Source: a virus. From it: DNA of 64,000 nucleotides. Made by a program: the position numbers and the translations under genes. The stretch lies in the IMG/VR virus record IMGVR_UViG_3300038412_000065, positions 15,004-79,003 of that record; one strand, given 5' to 3'. Below are positions 63,802 to 64,000 of this stretch, one piece after another. How positions within the stretch are numbered: the stretch's first letter is position 1; each line of letters begins with the position of its first letter. The notes under the pieces are model-generated. The model did not search any database. It had not been told where the DNA came from and worked only from the letters and a program-made list of their open reading frames with translations.

Positions 63802-64000
63802 TCAGGTGGCCTGGGTGAACGGGCCGTAGACGAACGATTCCGGCCGGTACACGACCAGAGCCAGGCGCTCCTCGGCGCGGATCGTGACCATGTTCTTCAC
63901 GAAGTTGTCGCCGTCCTCGGTCGAGACCTGGACATTGGCATCCTCGCGATCGAACACCTGGGCCGCCATGTTGAACGCGCCGACCAGGAAGTGACCGGCC
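63802..64000 (-). CDS. HK97-family major capsid protein, C-terminal end (5' part outside window)
   Basis: FLVGAF..FDRE..NFVKNMVTIRAEERLALVVYRPESFVYG. Confidence 0.93.
   Translation of the reverse strand, partial: AGHFLVGAFNMAAQVFDREDANVQVSTEDGDNFVKNMVTIRAEERLALVVYRPESFVYGPFTQAT

Overview
The window is entirely phage DNA (GC-rich, about 65% by eye; probably a proteobacterial host) and reads as two genomes, one nested in the other. (A) Positions 1-~6026 and ~48279-64000 fit one siphovirus. The left part is an APSE/BPP-1-type replication module (SSB, SLOG protein, cytosine-MTase-like protein, and a family A DNA polymerase split by a small ORF). The right part holds the HK97-type capsid end, three glycosyltransferases, neck genes, a tail with a -1 frameshift chaperone, tape measure, a GTA-like tail tip and a fibre. 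(B) Between two identical 622-bp direct repeats (6027-6648 and 48279-48900; fibre tip plus chaperone) lies a 42,252-bp, apparently complete temperate podovirus. It carries terminase, portal, capsid, a tripartite nozzle, ejection proteins including a ~2230-aa polyvalent protein, cI/cro, replication, Sak4-like recombination, AlpA, an intact attP with a tRNA-Ser-like core, integrase and a lysis cassette. This is either a phage-in-phage cointegrate formed through the shared fibre segment or an assembly loop. The most striking non-coding signal is an integrase-less integron cassette array in the podovirus early region: two canonical attC sites, one truncated attC and a candidate attI, all inverted relative to their ORFs. 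Also seen are a tRNA-shaped ncRNA candidate, three copies of a 31-bp late-promoter motif and a repeated stem-loop leader before the capsid gene. All protein calls come from motif recognition and gene order, not database searches.
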